Both the position numbers and the translations under genes were made by a program. Of a stretch of 64,000 nt of DNA, positions 9,452 through 26,400 are shown piece after piece. Source of the stretch: Macrostomum lignano. Its lineage: Eukaryota. The stretch's first letter is position 1, and each line of letters begins with the position of its first letter. The stretch lies in NCBI GenBank assembly GCA_002269645.1, contig NIVC01001688.1:124001-188000 (forward strand), given 5' to 3'. Below the pieces are notes generated by a model. It was not told the origin of the DNA. It searched no databases and was given only the letters and a program-made list of their open reading frames with translations.

Positions 9452-12400
9452 TGTAGCATGCGCAGGCAGGCAGTTCGGGCACCTAGTTTGCACTCCGTGA
9501 CCCCCACCCAGCCTATCCACTTCCCTCTGCTCGAGCACATCCCAACGCGCACTCAATGAACCGGAAATCTGTGTTCTACCAGACAATAAATATACAGGCA
9601 CAGCCACATTCTATTTCTTCACCTTTTTGAGTGGCTAACTAACACTCGCAACAACCAGCCGGAGTTGCTCGCTACATTGGCGTCACAAGCCAGAACCCAA
9701 TGGCGCTACTACAGCTACAGCCGCCATCCGCATTCAGCATTAGCGCGGACCCCCACACCGTCAGCAAGCGCTGGACAGAGTGGGCCACCACACTAAAGCG
9801 ATTCTTGGCAGCATCAGGAATCTCGGACGATGCCCAGAAGCAGGAAATCCTCCTGTATACCGCGGGAAAAGAGGTTGCAGACATCTTTAAAGAGATCTCA
9901 CAGACGCGTCTCGCCACTGACCAGCCGGAGCAGCAAACGCTTGACTCACTCATAGCCGCGCTAACTCAGCACTTTCAAGGACGCGACAATGTGGTGTTCA
10001 CCCGGTACCAATTCCGCCAGTGCACGCAGCTAGACGGCGAAGGCATCGACAGCTGGTACAACCGACTGTGCAACGCGGCTGAGGCCTGCCAGTTCGGAGA
10101 GCTGCGCCAGTCCCTCATCCGCGACCAGATCGTCGCCTGCTGCCGCAGTGAATCCCTCCGAAAGCGGCTGCTCAACGTGCCCAACATCAGCCTCCCCGAG
10201 GCCCTCCAGCTGGCGAGAACAAACGAAGCAGCCAGCCAGCAAGCGGCAATCATGGAGCGCTCGGCAGCCGGACCAGCTGAAGAAGTGCATGCGGCACGCG
10301 ACAAGCGCCCCACCAGGCGCCCGCCAGCCAGCCCGGCCGACAAATGCCTGCGGTGCGGAGAGCCCGGCCACCGCACCTGCAACCGGGCCCAAGGCAAGCG
10401 CTGCAGCAATTGCGGCAAGCTGCACCACCTGGCGAAGGCCTGCCTAAGCGGCCGCGCACGTATCAACATGGCAGAGCCTGAGCCAGAGGAACCAGCAGTG
10501 GCGCACCTGGCGGAGGCGGTATTCTCCAGCCTCGACCCCAGCCGCACAAGCGCCACCTTCAAAGCGGTCATCAACGGCGCGAACGTACCCGTCCTGATCG
10601 ACAGCGGTGCGAGCTGCAACGTGCTCAGCCAGCGGACCCTTCATCTAACGGGAGCACCCGAGCGGGCGCTTCAGCCCACGCACACGAGGGTCTATCCTCT
10701 CGGAGCAGCGAGGCCCCTGACACCCGCTGGCCAGATCACTCTGCACACGAAGATCAACGGCAACTCGGAGAGAGTGCGCTTCATCGTCATCAGAGAGGAC
10801 TGCATCACCATCCTAGGCCGCGAGACAAGCACGCAGATGGGGATGCTGAGGGTCGGACCGCAGGCCGAGACAGCTCTCACCGCCGGACTGACACCAACGG
10901 TTAACGACCTGCACCTTCCGCAAGACTTGCGACTGTCATCGATCATGAAGGAGTTCAGCGACAGGTTTCAAGGAATCGGCTGCATCAAGGGCGTCTCAGT
11001 CAGCATCCAGCTGAAGGAAGAAGCGGTGCCAGTCTGCCACCCTCCGTCTCGAGTTCCAGTGCATCTTCGAACCGCCGTGGAAAAGGAGCTGAAGGGCCAG
11101 CTAGCAGCCGGCATCCTGGAGCGAGTGACGGGGCCCAGCGCTTGGAGTTCACGCATGGTGGTCGTTCCAAAGGCCTCGCCAGGCGAAATCCGCATCACGC
11201 AGGACCTGAGGGACGTCAATAAGTACGTCATTCCAGAAAAGCAGCCAATACCGACATTCGAAGAAGTCACCGACGAGATGGCCGGCTCCACCTATTTCTC
11301 CGAACTAGACGTTGCCAAGGCCTTCCACCAGATCGAGGTCAGCGAGGAGTCCCGGCAGCTGCTCACTTTCTCAACGCCTCTGGGCCTGCTCCGCCTCAAG
11401 CGCCTTTGCATGGGATTTACCTCAGCATCTGAAATCCTACAGCGCGTCATGACATCTATTCTGAGCGGTTTGAGAGGCGTGCGGTGGGTCCATGACGATA
11501 TCATTATCTTCGCCAGCACCATAAAGGAGCACAACGAGAGGCTGCGCAACTGCCTTGACAGGCTGCGTCAACATAACGTGACTCTGAACCCCCGCAAATG
11601 CCGCATTGCAACCCAGCAGGCCGACTTCCTGGCCATGCGCCTCTCGGCGGCCGGAATCCAACCGACCGAGGAAAAGCTGGAAGCTGTGGCCGACTTCAAG
11701 CGACCAGAAAATGCAACGGAGGTGCGGTCCTTTCTCGGACTCGTCACATTCGTAGCCCGCTTCATCCCAAACCTCGCCGACAAAGCGAGGCCACTTCGAG
11801 AGCTGACCAAGAAGAACGTGAAATGGTCGTGGGGCCCACAGCAAGCCTCAGCCTTTCAGACAATCAAGCAGTCGATCGCTCACAGCACCACGCTTGCCTT
11901 CTTCAACAAGAACTGCGAGACCAGGCTGATCGTCGACGCCAGCCCGACCGGCCTCGGGGCGATCCTCGCCCAGGTGCAACCTGGCGGCCTCACCAGGCCA
12001 ATCGCCTACGCCAGCCGCAGCCTCAGTGACACCGAGCAGCGCTACTCGCAGACAGAGAGAGAGGCGCTGGCCGTCAAATTCGGCTGCCTCAAGTTCCACC
12101 ACTACCTTAGCGGCTGCCCAAAGTTCAAGGTCATCACCGACCACAAGCCGCTGGTCAGCCTGCTCAGCCCCGGCTCACGGCCCCCGCCGCGGATCGAGCG
12201 CATGGCACTTCGGCTGCAGGATCTCCACTTCGAAGTCATCTACCAGCCGGGGGCGGATAACCCGGCAGATGTCCTGAGCCGCCAGCCACGTCCAACACCA
12301 CCGAAGAACGAGGGCGAGGATCTCGACACGGCCTACATCGCAATGACAGCACAGGCAGCAGCGCCGAACAGCATCAGCCTCGACACGATCAAGGTGGCCG

Positions 12401-14073
12401 CCGCAGGCGACAAGGCGATCCAAGCCGCCGTATCCGGGCTCCGGTCCCATCGGTGGCAACTCGATAGCCACGACACGCGCAGCCTGCACGGCCTGCGGCA
12501 CGAGCTCTCACAACACGACGGACTCCTGCTCAAAGGGCACCAAATCGTCGTTCCTGCCATTCTGCGCTACCGCTGCCTGCAGCTGGCGCACCAAGGCCAC
12601 CTGGGTGTCCAGAAAACATTGGCACGCCTCCAGACAAAGGTCTGGTGGCCCTCAATGCGGGCCTCCGTCGAGAACTTCGTAAACTCCTGCCTCAGCTGCA
12701 AGGCCTGCACGAACACAGCCGAATTGAAGGCAGCCCCACTTCAGCCGACTGAGCTGCCGCAGGGGCCGTGGCTAGAGCTGGGCCTGGACTTCCTGGGACC
12801 GATCAGAGGCCACATGCTGCTGGTGTGCACCGACTATTTTTCACGTTTCCCACTGGTACAGACGATGTCGGGGTCGACAGCGGCAGCTCCGGTCATCCGA
12901 ACCCTCCGCCAGTGGTTCAGCACGTTCGGCCAGCCAGTCAAGATCACCACCGACAACGGCCCGCCATTCTCGTCCGCAGAATTCAACGCCTTCCTGCGCA
13001 GCCAGGGCGTCCACCACCATCGGACTACGCCGCTGCATCCCCAAGCCAACGGACTCGTAGAGCGATGCAACCGAGGCCTCAATAAGGCAATCAGAGCGGC
13101 GATTCTGGAAGGCAGCGACTGGCAGGCGGCACTGGACGACTACCTGGCTGCATACCGGCGAACACCGCACGCAGCAACCGGCATGGCCCCAGCCGACCTG
13201 CTATTCGGCCGACAGCTCAACGACACGATCCCCAGCTTGCGCCACTCCCGGCCGGTTGACGCCAGGCGACAGACCGTCCGCGGCCACGACTCCAGGGCGA
13301 AGGAGCGGATGAAGGCCTTCGCCGACAGCAAGAGGGGCGCCACCGACCACCAGATCACCGTAGGCGACCTCGTACTCCGCCGGCTCACCAACCGCAGCAA
13401 GACCGACCCCTTCTTCGAGGCCTCGCCATGGACCGTGACAGAAGTCCGCGGCAACACCCTGCAGCTCCAACGTGCCTGCCAGAGGTGCTCCAGGCACACC
13501 ACCCACGTCAAGCGAGTCTCCCAGGCAGCCGACGAGTGGCCGGGTGACCCCGGAGAACGCGACAGCGGACAGGACAGCCGGCCGGATGAACCAACCGGCC
13601 CGCCCGAGCCAACCGGCAACCAGGACGTCCCTCTCGCCAACAGGCCGCACCCCCGACAGGCCAAGGAGACGCCGAAACGCTACGAAGAGGACGACCGGCG
13701 AAAGGCTCTGGACATCTGACAGCTGGCGGAACAGCAGCAAGGACTGATCATTGGCTCTAATGACTGATACTGATTGCTCGATCGCGCGTAACATGAACCC
13801 AACGTTGTACCCAACCCCACCCCGGGTTCCAATCCACCAGACGAGGGATGTAGCATGCGCAGGCAGGCAGTTCGGGCACCTAGTTTGCACTCCGTGACCC
13901 CCACCCAGCCTATCCACTTCCCTCTGCTCGAGCACATCCCAACGCGCACTCAATGAACCGGAAATCTGTGTTCTACCAGACAATAAATATACAGGCACAG
14001 CCACATTCTATTTCTTCACCTTTTTGAGTGGCTAACTAACACTCGCAACAACCAGCCGGAGTTGCTCGCTACA
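9452..14073 (+). mobile_element. Full-length Ty3/Gypsy LTR retrotransposon (Mag/SURL-like), intronic and antisense to TMEM42
   Basis: LTRs 9452-9676 and 13849-14073 (225 bp, TG...CA, identical by eye); 5-bp TSD AGGAT at 9447-9451 and 14074-14078; PBS-like TGGCGTCACAAG at 9678; PPT AGACGAGGGA at 13839-13848; single gag-pol ORF. Confidence 0.97.
9700..13719 (+). CDS. Gag-Pol polyprotein (Gag zinc knuckles, aspartic protease, RT, RNase H, integrase)
   Basis: 1339-aa uninterrupted ORF: CLRCGEPGH and CSNCGKLHHLAKAC knuckles; LIDSGAS; ELDVAKAFHQI...VHDDII; IVDASPTGLGA/YSQTEREALA; HQGHLG..C..C, GLDFLGP, TDNGPPF, NGLVER. The order PR-RT-RH-IN indicates Gypsy. Confidence 0.97.
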   Translation: MALLQLQPPSAFSISADPHTVSKRWTEWATTLKRFLAASGISDDAQKQEILLYTAGKEVADIFKEISQTRLATDQPEQQTLDSLIAALTQHFQGRDNVVFTRYQFRQCTQLDGEGIDSWYNRLCNAAEACQFGELRQSLIRDQIVACCRSESLRKRLLNVPNISLPEALQLARTNEAASQQAAIMERSAAGPAEEVHAARDKRPTRRPPASPADKCLRCGEPGHRTCNRAQGKRCSNCGKLHHLAKACLSGRARINMAEPEPEEPAVAHLAEAVFSSLDPSRTSATFKAVINGANVPVLIDSGASCNVLSQRTLHLTGAPERALQPTHTRVYPLGAARPLTPAGQITLHTKINGNSERVRFIVIREDCITILGRETSTQMGMLRVGPQAETALTAGLTPTVNDLHLPQDLRLSSIMKEFSDRFQGIGCIKGVSVSIQLKEEAVPVCHPPSRVPVHLRTAVEKELKGQLAAGILERVTGPSAWSSRMVVVPKASPGEIRITQDLRDVNKYVIPEKQPIPTFEEVTDEMAGSTYFSELDVAKAFHQIEVSEESRQLLTFSTPLGLLRLKRLCMGFTSASEILQRVMTSILSGLRGVRWVHDDIIIFASTIKEHNERLRNCLDRLRQHNVTLNPRKCRIATQQADFLAMRLSAAGIQPTEEKLEAVADFKRPENATEVRSFLGLVTFVARFIPNLADKARPLRELTKKNVKWSWGPQQASAFQTIKQSIAHSTTLAFFNKNCETRLIVDASPTGLGAILAQVQPGGLTRPIAYASRSLSDTEQRYSQTEREALAVKFGCLKFHHYLSGCPKFKVITDHKPLVSLLSPGSRPPPRIERMALRLQDLHFEVIYQPGADNPADVLSRQPRPTPPKNEGEDLDTAYIAMTAQAAAPNSISLDTIKVAAAGDKAIQAAVSGLRSHRWQLDSHDTRSLHGLRHELSQHDGLLLKGHQIVVPAILRYRCLQLAHQGHLGVQKTLARLQTKVWWPSMRASVENFVNSCLSCKACTNTAELKAAPLQPTELPQGPWLELGLDFLGPIRGHMLLVCTDYFSRFPLVQTMSGSTAAAPVIRTLRQWFSTFGQPVKITTDNGPPFSSAEFNAFLRSQGVHHHRTTPLHPQANGLVERCNRGLNKAIRAAILEGSDWQAALDDYLAAYRRTPHAATGMAPADLLFGRQLNDTIPSLRHSRPVDARRQTVRGHDSRAKERMKAFADSKRGATDHQITVGDLVLRRLTNRSKTDPFFEASPWTVTEVRGNTLQLQRACQRCSRHTTHVKRVSQAADEWPGDPGERDSGQDSRPDEPTGPPEPTGNQDVPLANRPHPRQAKETPKRYEEDDRRKALDI

Positions 14074-15971
14074 AGGATCTGAGAGGCTGGCCCAGCAACT
14101 GAGGATCTGAGAGGCTGGCCCAGCAACTGAGGATCTGGGAGGCTGGCCTAGCAACTCAGGATCTGGGAGGCTGGCCCAGCAACTGAGGATCTGGGAGGCT
14201 GGTGGCCCAGCAACTGACACTCTGGGAGGCTGGCCCAGCAACTGGGGATCTGGAAGGCTGACCCAGCAACTGAGGATCTGAGAGGCTGGCCCAGCAACTG
14301 AGGATCTGAGAGGCTGGCCCAGCAACTGAGGATCTGTGAGGCTGGCCCAGCAACTGAGGATATCGGAGGCTGGCCTAGCAACTGGGGATCTGGGAGGCTG
14401 CCCCAGCAACTGACACTCTGGGAGGCTGGCCCAACTACTCAGGATCTGGCAGGCTGGCCCAACAACTGAGGATCTGGGAGGCTGGCTCAGCAACTGACAC
14501 TCTGGGAGGTTGGCCCAGCAACTGACACTCTGGGAGGCTGGCCCAGCAACTAACACTGGGAAGCTGGCTGTCTAAACTAAACGCCTTAAAGATAGTAAGT
14601 GACCAACCATAGCATCTAGGATAGCTAAAAGTCTAACCTTCGGACATGATACTACATGCATTAGCCTAGCCTAAACATTTTAACAATAAGATATGCAGCC
14701 TGAACAATGTAATATAATATAGTTTAAATGCCCTATTCAATTCTAACAATAATTCTAATATAATAATAATATTGCTAAAATAGATTATCAGCTTTGATCA
14801 TTTCTTATCCATTTAGCTAGCCAAAAGAGCACAATATAAAACATGAAAATAATATTAGGAAATAGAATTAATGCAAGAGTACAATTTATTTGAACAAATC
14901 ACTTGTCCATGATCCTAACCTAAGATTGTCCAGGATCCTATAAATATATTTGTATAATTTAAAATATGCATAATAATAAACTATTAAGAAAGTGATTAGT
15001 TTTGTTAAAATAATGACTCACTTACTTTATCTTGAAACTTAAAAAGCTACGAGCGTAGTGGCTACGATTCTAGAAATTATGCCAACAAATAAATCTAAAA
15101 CTCTATTCATGATTAAAACTCCCAAGCAGAACAAGAAGGTAGCTTTCCAAATGTCAAAATTATACAGTATAAAGACACATAATTAACTAATCTAAAACCA
15201 AAATTTCTAAAACTTTACTAAGGCCACTGTTTAACGAATTAAAGTTTATCTAATTAAATCAGAAAGATTTTGACTATAAATAATAGCGAATAAAGTTTAT
15301 TAATGTTAAAATTAAGATTAAAATATTTTAATATGTGAGTAAGCAATCAATCACCACCACCACAATTTCCCACAATTTTTAAATCAACTTGCAGCTTTCT
15401 GACTAGGCTACTTAGAAAGGTAGCATGTCTCATTCAAGACGACAGTTAGCAAGCTTACATTGCATTGCTGATTCAACTACACAAGATGAGAAGTTTTGAC
15501 CCTTTCTTAGAAAATTCCTTTTTAAAATGTAAGAATTTTAGAAATATTACCAGATTCTTCTAGCTTATAATGACAATTAATGTTGATAAAACAAACTTTT
15601 TGTAAATATCTTTAATTAAATCTACAGCAAAATAGTAAAAACGATTATTTCTAGGTTGACTTGTTTTTATACACATGTATCGCGCTTCGAATTCAAAGTG
15701 CTTATTTTCTTCGATACACAGAAAACTTTAATTCGTATAAAGTTCTACATACATTCGTCCAATGTTGCTAACTAACAAATTTTAGGGTAAATAAAACAAC
15801 GAATACAAGTATTTATTTTAAACTCATTTTATTTAGTAAAATATTGTTCAAATTCGAATAAAAGAACGAGTACCTGCAATAATTATTACCGTAGGTGTAC
15901 CTTCTTCTTAAGATAAATTTTGAATGTTGATTTATTCACTTTTTTGGGGGGCTATGAAGTAACTGCTGTAA

Positions 15972-20938
<4,967 letters not shown>

Positions 20939-21054
20939 CTTAACGATGTTATAAATAAACTCGAAGCAGCACCTGGCCCACACTAGTCTATAGAAATAGC
21001 TCATACTTTTAGCAATAGATTTTTTATACTTAATACTCAGTTAGACTCCAGTAG

Positions 21055-21380
21055 GCAGAGTGACCTGTTAGGTGAATGGCAGAGTGACCTGTTAGGTGAA
21101 TGGCAGATCGACCTGCTAGGTGAATGGCAGAGTGACCTGTAAGGTGAATGGCAGAGTGACCAGTAAGGTGAATGGCAGAGTGACCAGTAAGGTGAATGGC
21201 AGAGTGACCTGTAAGGTGAATGGCAGAGTGACTAGTAAGGTGAATGGCAGAGTGACCTGTAAGGTGAATGGCAGAGTGACTAGTAAGGTGAATGGCAGAG
21301 TGACCTGTAAGGTGAATGGCAGAGTGACTAGTAAGGTGAATGGCAGAGTGACCTGTAAGGTGAATGGCAGAGTGACCTGT
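21055..21380. repeat. 24-bp minisatellite downstream of CA
   Basis: Unit GGTGAATGGCAGAGTGACCTGTAA. Confidence 0.93.
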
Positions 21381-21854
21381 CAGATATACACTGAGTGACC
21401 CGCACAGTGATGATACACTGAAAGCATAATATTTAGCCATGTGCTGGCAAATCTCTCAACCAGTTTTTATATTGCATGCTACTCAAAATTTTCTATTTTT
21501 ATTTTGCACTCTACATTCGTAGACCAAAGTATTTATCTGTTTTTACACTTTTTGTTAATCGTAGAAATATACATTTAATCCAGTCTACACCAAATGACTA
21601 AGTCAACAAGTTTTAAGAGAGCACAGATAAAAATGTTTTTAGACTAAACTGAATGAAAAGCCTGAAGAATCAGCAAGTCTAAGCTATGGTAGCTAATTCA
21701 GACACTGCCTGTGTATTTAATTTTGCATCCGGCAATACCACGGGGCGCGCGTGCAATGATCTCACTGACGAGGGAGCGAAAACAGAAATACTCGAAAATA
21801 TGACTCAAACAAAAAACTGACAAAACTTTAACGAATCCAACGAATGCGGTGCAG

Positions 21855-23212
21855 TGTGGGTTGGGCAGCGGAGTGGGGTGGTTGAGAAGCGGAGTGAGGT
21901 GGTTGGCCAGCGGAGTGGGGTGGTTGAGAAGCGGAGTGAGGTGGTTGGCCAGCGGATTGGGGTGGTTGGCCAGCGGAGTGGGGTGGTTGGCTAGCGGAGT
22001 GGGGTGGTTGGCTAGCGGAGTGGGGTGGTTGGCTAGCGGAGTGGGGAGGTTGGGTGGGTAATTAAATTAATTACTGGCAAAATTAATATTTTAACCCTTG
22101 TTTTTTAATAATTAGTTACAAGAATATTGGAAAAAAGCAATATATTTTTACAACACGCAAATCAGACTACTGTCAGTAGAGCAAGGGAAAACTAGGCTGT
22201 ATAAAAATCAGAATTCTAATCAGCGTGCACGGGAAGAGCATCTAATGGTGGTCAGAATCTTACTAATATATATGATATAGCTTCTAAGCTGAAGTCTAAT
22301 GCTGAATATGCGAATATACTACTATAATAATAGAAACATTCTGTCTAATATTGTGCTCAGAAATGAATAAATAAATCAATTAATATATATGAAAAGTATC
22401 ACAAAATAAAAGTCCGGAACTTGCAGAAATATTCAAGAGTAAATTATTATGCAATAAAAATGAAAATTAGGCTGTTGGAATTCAAAAAGCAAATTTTCTA
22501 GTGCCAAGTCAGCTGTTCAAGGATACTGCAGTAAGGGCTGAGACCAGAGCCGAAGCACTACTCTTTCAACTACGGAATCAGCTGCTTCAACTCCGACTGA
22601 CGCAAGCCAAAAATAAAGACAATTAGCACAAAAATTATAAACAAAATGCCAAAAATAACAACTATTTGAATGTTGCTAGTGAGTGTGCAACAAGACTAGG
22701 TAGCCATTACAATTATGGGCGGCTCGGGAGTCTGGAGTAAAGTAGCTGAAATTATTTATGGCCAACTCAAACTAGCTGCCAAACTCATTCGAACACTTGA
22801 GGTGGGTGGTTAGCTGTTAGGTGGTTAGCTGAGTGAGGTGGGTGGTGGAGTGAGGTGGTTAGCGGAGTGAGGTGATTGGTGGGGTGAGGTGGGTGACGGA
22901 GTGAGGTGATTGGTGGAGTGAGGTGGGTGGCGGAGTGAGGTGGGTGGCGGAATGAGGTGGGTGGCGGAGTGAGGTGGGTGGCGGAGTGAGGTGATTGGTG
23001 GAGTGAGGTGGGTGGCGGAGTGAGGTGATTGGTGGAGTGAGGTGGGTGGCGGAGTGAGGTGATTGGTGGAGTGAGGTGGGTGGCGGAGTGAGGTGGGTGG
23101 CGGAGTGAGGTGGGTGGCGGAATGAGGTGGGTGGCGGAGTGAGGTGGGTGGCGGAGTGAGGTGGGTGGCGGAGTGAGGTGGGTGGCGGAGTGAGGTGGGT
23201 GGCGGAATGAGG
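21855..23212. repeat. Two G-rich minisatellites (21 bp at 21855-22055; 17 bp at 22800-23212) between the convergent CA and MADD 3' ends
   Basis: GGTTGGCCAGCGGAGTGGGGT and GAGTGAGGTGGGTGGCG; both contain GCGGAGTG. Confidence 0.92.
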
Positions 23213-23410
23213 CGGATGTTAAAGCAAAAAAAATCGAATGAGGGGCAGCAAGCGGTCGAGCTGGTTAATTTTGATTTAAAAACATTTGAAAACAGAAATT
23301 TTTATTAAAGCAAAATCACACAAGCGAAGAAAGTACAAAACTACAACAACATTGAACGATAGCGCACAACAACAGTGGTATATGTTTTGTCTGCAGTGAA
23401 ACGGCGGCGC

Positions 23411-26400
23411 TCAGCCGTCTTGAATAGCGGTCCGCCGCTCTTCCAACGCAGATGGCGAGGCGGTCCCCGCTGCCAGACAGGAGAACACGCACAGCACTGT
23501 GTAGCAAATCTGATCCGCCTACGGCGCGAAGACAAGAATTTACGTCTTATAATATTGTTTCGATACATATCGGCCAGATTGTATCAAGGAGAATGAAATT
23601 TCCGATATATATCGGCTAGAAGATGTCAAGGAGGATGTTTTCGATACATATCGGCAAGAAGACATCAAGAAGAATGAAATTTTCGATACATATCGGCTAG
23701 ATGTCAAGGAGGATATTTTCGATACATATCGGCTAGAAAATATAAAGGTGGATATCTTCGATACATAAAGGCTATAAGGTATTAGGGAGGTTTTATTCGA
23801 TATATATTGGCAAGAAGACATCAAGAAGAATGAAATTTTCAATACATCGGCTAGAAAAAATCAAGGAGAATGACATTTTTCGATACATATTGACCAGAAG
23901 GTATTAAGGAGGATATTTTCGATACATATCGGTTATAAGTCTTTCACGATACATTTGATCGAGAATGTTGACTTTTATTTTGTTATCAATTAAATGCTAA
24001 TTCAAAGCATAAGTTATAAAATTAGAAGAAATTATACTTAATGCACTAAGACTAAAATGATAAGGGAGTCTCAAAAAGGTTATGTTAGCCAGGTTAACAA
24101 AAACTGCAAAAACGCAGCAGATTGAAAAATACGAATGCTGCCAGCAGAGCTACCATTATGCTAGAAGTTCTAATTAATGCGCAACACGCCATACACGGAA
24201 AGAATCGATACGCAATCACCCCAATTTGACAAGCAGCATGACAAACTGACTCAACCAATTGATGCTGCAAACAACAAACTAGTGACTCTAGAGACTCTTG
24301 TGACTTCGAGTTGCAGAATCGTAAAAGAGTCGCGAAAGAGACATCCAAGAATATTTTTGTTAGCGCCTAACTTTCTACTTAGTAAGTAGGCTAGTTCGAG
24401 TGCAAGTGGTTCTTGAGCGACTCTTCGACCACTTTTTGGCGACTTGTACCGCGACATCTGGTCGTTTTTTTAAGTCGTTTAGAGTCACTTCCTACCTACT
24501 TTACCTGTGCCACCTGCAACTACTACTCTGAAGCGTGACTCTAATCACTCGGGGGGAAGGGGGTGTCCAAACAGAGTGGAGAATGTCTACAACCACAACA
24601 CGGCAATCAAATCATGAGTCTGCTGTGAACAGCCACAGATACGGCCCGATGAAACAGAAGAGAAGAGAAGACTGGACACCTGGGACAGTGCAGGAATATT
24701 CAATTCAATAGGAAAGTTCAATTCTGGCTACTATGAGTAACAAATGAAGACGACGCCAATCACACAACTATATATACATTTAAGATTGCAAATGACTCAC
24801 TTTTTGCGATTGGAACTTCATTTGTTTGATTTGGCGAGATCCAGGATCTGAAATTCGTGTTTAAAGTGCATCATTGTTTTCTATTATTTTCCTGCTAATG
24901 ATATCTTGACACTATTTAGTTCACGACGCAAAGATTCGGTGCAAAGTGCCAATTTTAATAATCTTAAATTTTATAAATCATTTAAAATTTGGAAATGGAA
25001 TTTACAAAAATACTTAGGACTTACTTACTTACCAGTAGTTTCTCAATTCAGGGCGCCCTTTTGAGATTCAGTGGGCGTTCTGAGATTCACAGTCCCAGTT
25101 TTAGATTCACAGTGCCAGTTTAAGATTAACAATGACATTCTAAGATTCACAGTGACATTCTGAGATTCACAGTGCCATTTTGAGATTCACAGTGACACTT
25201 GGAGATTCACAGTGCCATTTTGAGATTCACAGTGACATTCTGAGATTCACAGTGCCATTTTGAGATTCACAGTGACACTTGGAGATTCACAGTGCCATTT
25301 TGAGATTCACAGTGACACTTGGAGATTCACAGTGCCATTTTGAGATTCACAGTGACATTCTGAGATTCACAGTGCCATTTTGAGATTCACAGTGACACTT
25401 GGAGATTCACAGTGCCATTTTGAGATTCACAGTGACATTTTGAGATTCACAGTGCCATTTTGAGATTCACAGTGACACTTGGAGATTCACAGTGCCATTC
25501 TGAGATTCACAGTGACATTTTGAGGTTCACAGTGACATTTTGAGATTCACAGTGACATTTTGAGATTCACAGTGACATTTTGAGATAATTTAGAGCGTTA
25601 TTTTTGTAACTCAGTGACATTGTAAATTTTAAAATGTGCCTCACTATATCCTATCTAGTTATAATTTACGAGCATGTTTAAAAATTAAACGCAGGTTAAA
25701 TTAATTCTAATTATCAGCAGACGAACAACTGTTTGCCAGGTGTAAGACATCAAACAATTCACAGTGTCTTGAACATTAATGAAAAAGCTGATGTGCAATC
25801 CAATTAGCAGTCCAGTTAAAGATCCAATTCCTTGCACTCGCAAATTAATTTACTGCAAATCAGATAGCGGACTTGAAGTCCATCAGGCAATATTAGCACG
25901 TATTAATGGCTAATTATGATACCACAAAGCCAAAAGTCACGAACAGCACAGTCGCTGTGCAAGTCATGCTTAGAAAAACGCCAAGTGCTCAACCGACACC
26001 AATATTGATTAATTTATGTTAATAAAGCGCTGCTTCAATTGAACTATTGAATCTGAGAGAGTTATAAAACAGATTACCTGTCATTTCAATTATAAACTGG
26101 CCCTGCTGTACAAAGCAGCGCTTAATGCAGGACATTTCAATGAACGACTTAAATGTTGTTGAGGCGGGCGAGAGAGGAGAGGTTAGTTATGTTAGTACAT
26201 AATATACTATAGTACACTATACAGATAGTAATCTATACATTAGTTAGTGACAAGTTCGAGACAAGCCAATACGTCCGTTTATAGATCTATCAGTATAGAT
26301 CAGACGGATCTATAGATTGTCTACAGAACATACCGGTAGATTAGATCTATAGATCATGTCTACAGAACACACTAATAGATTAGATCTATAAATCATGTCT

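Larger units (their letters stand above)
9341..14551. repeat. 28-bp minisatellite (family A) split by the Gypsy element: 9341-9451 and 14074-14551
   Basis: Unit CTGGGAGGCTGGCCCAGCAACTGAGGAT. Confidence 0.95.
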
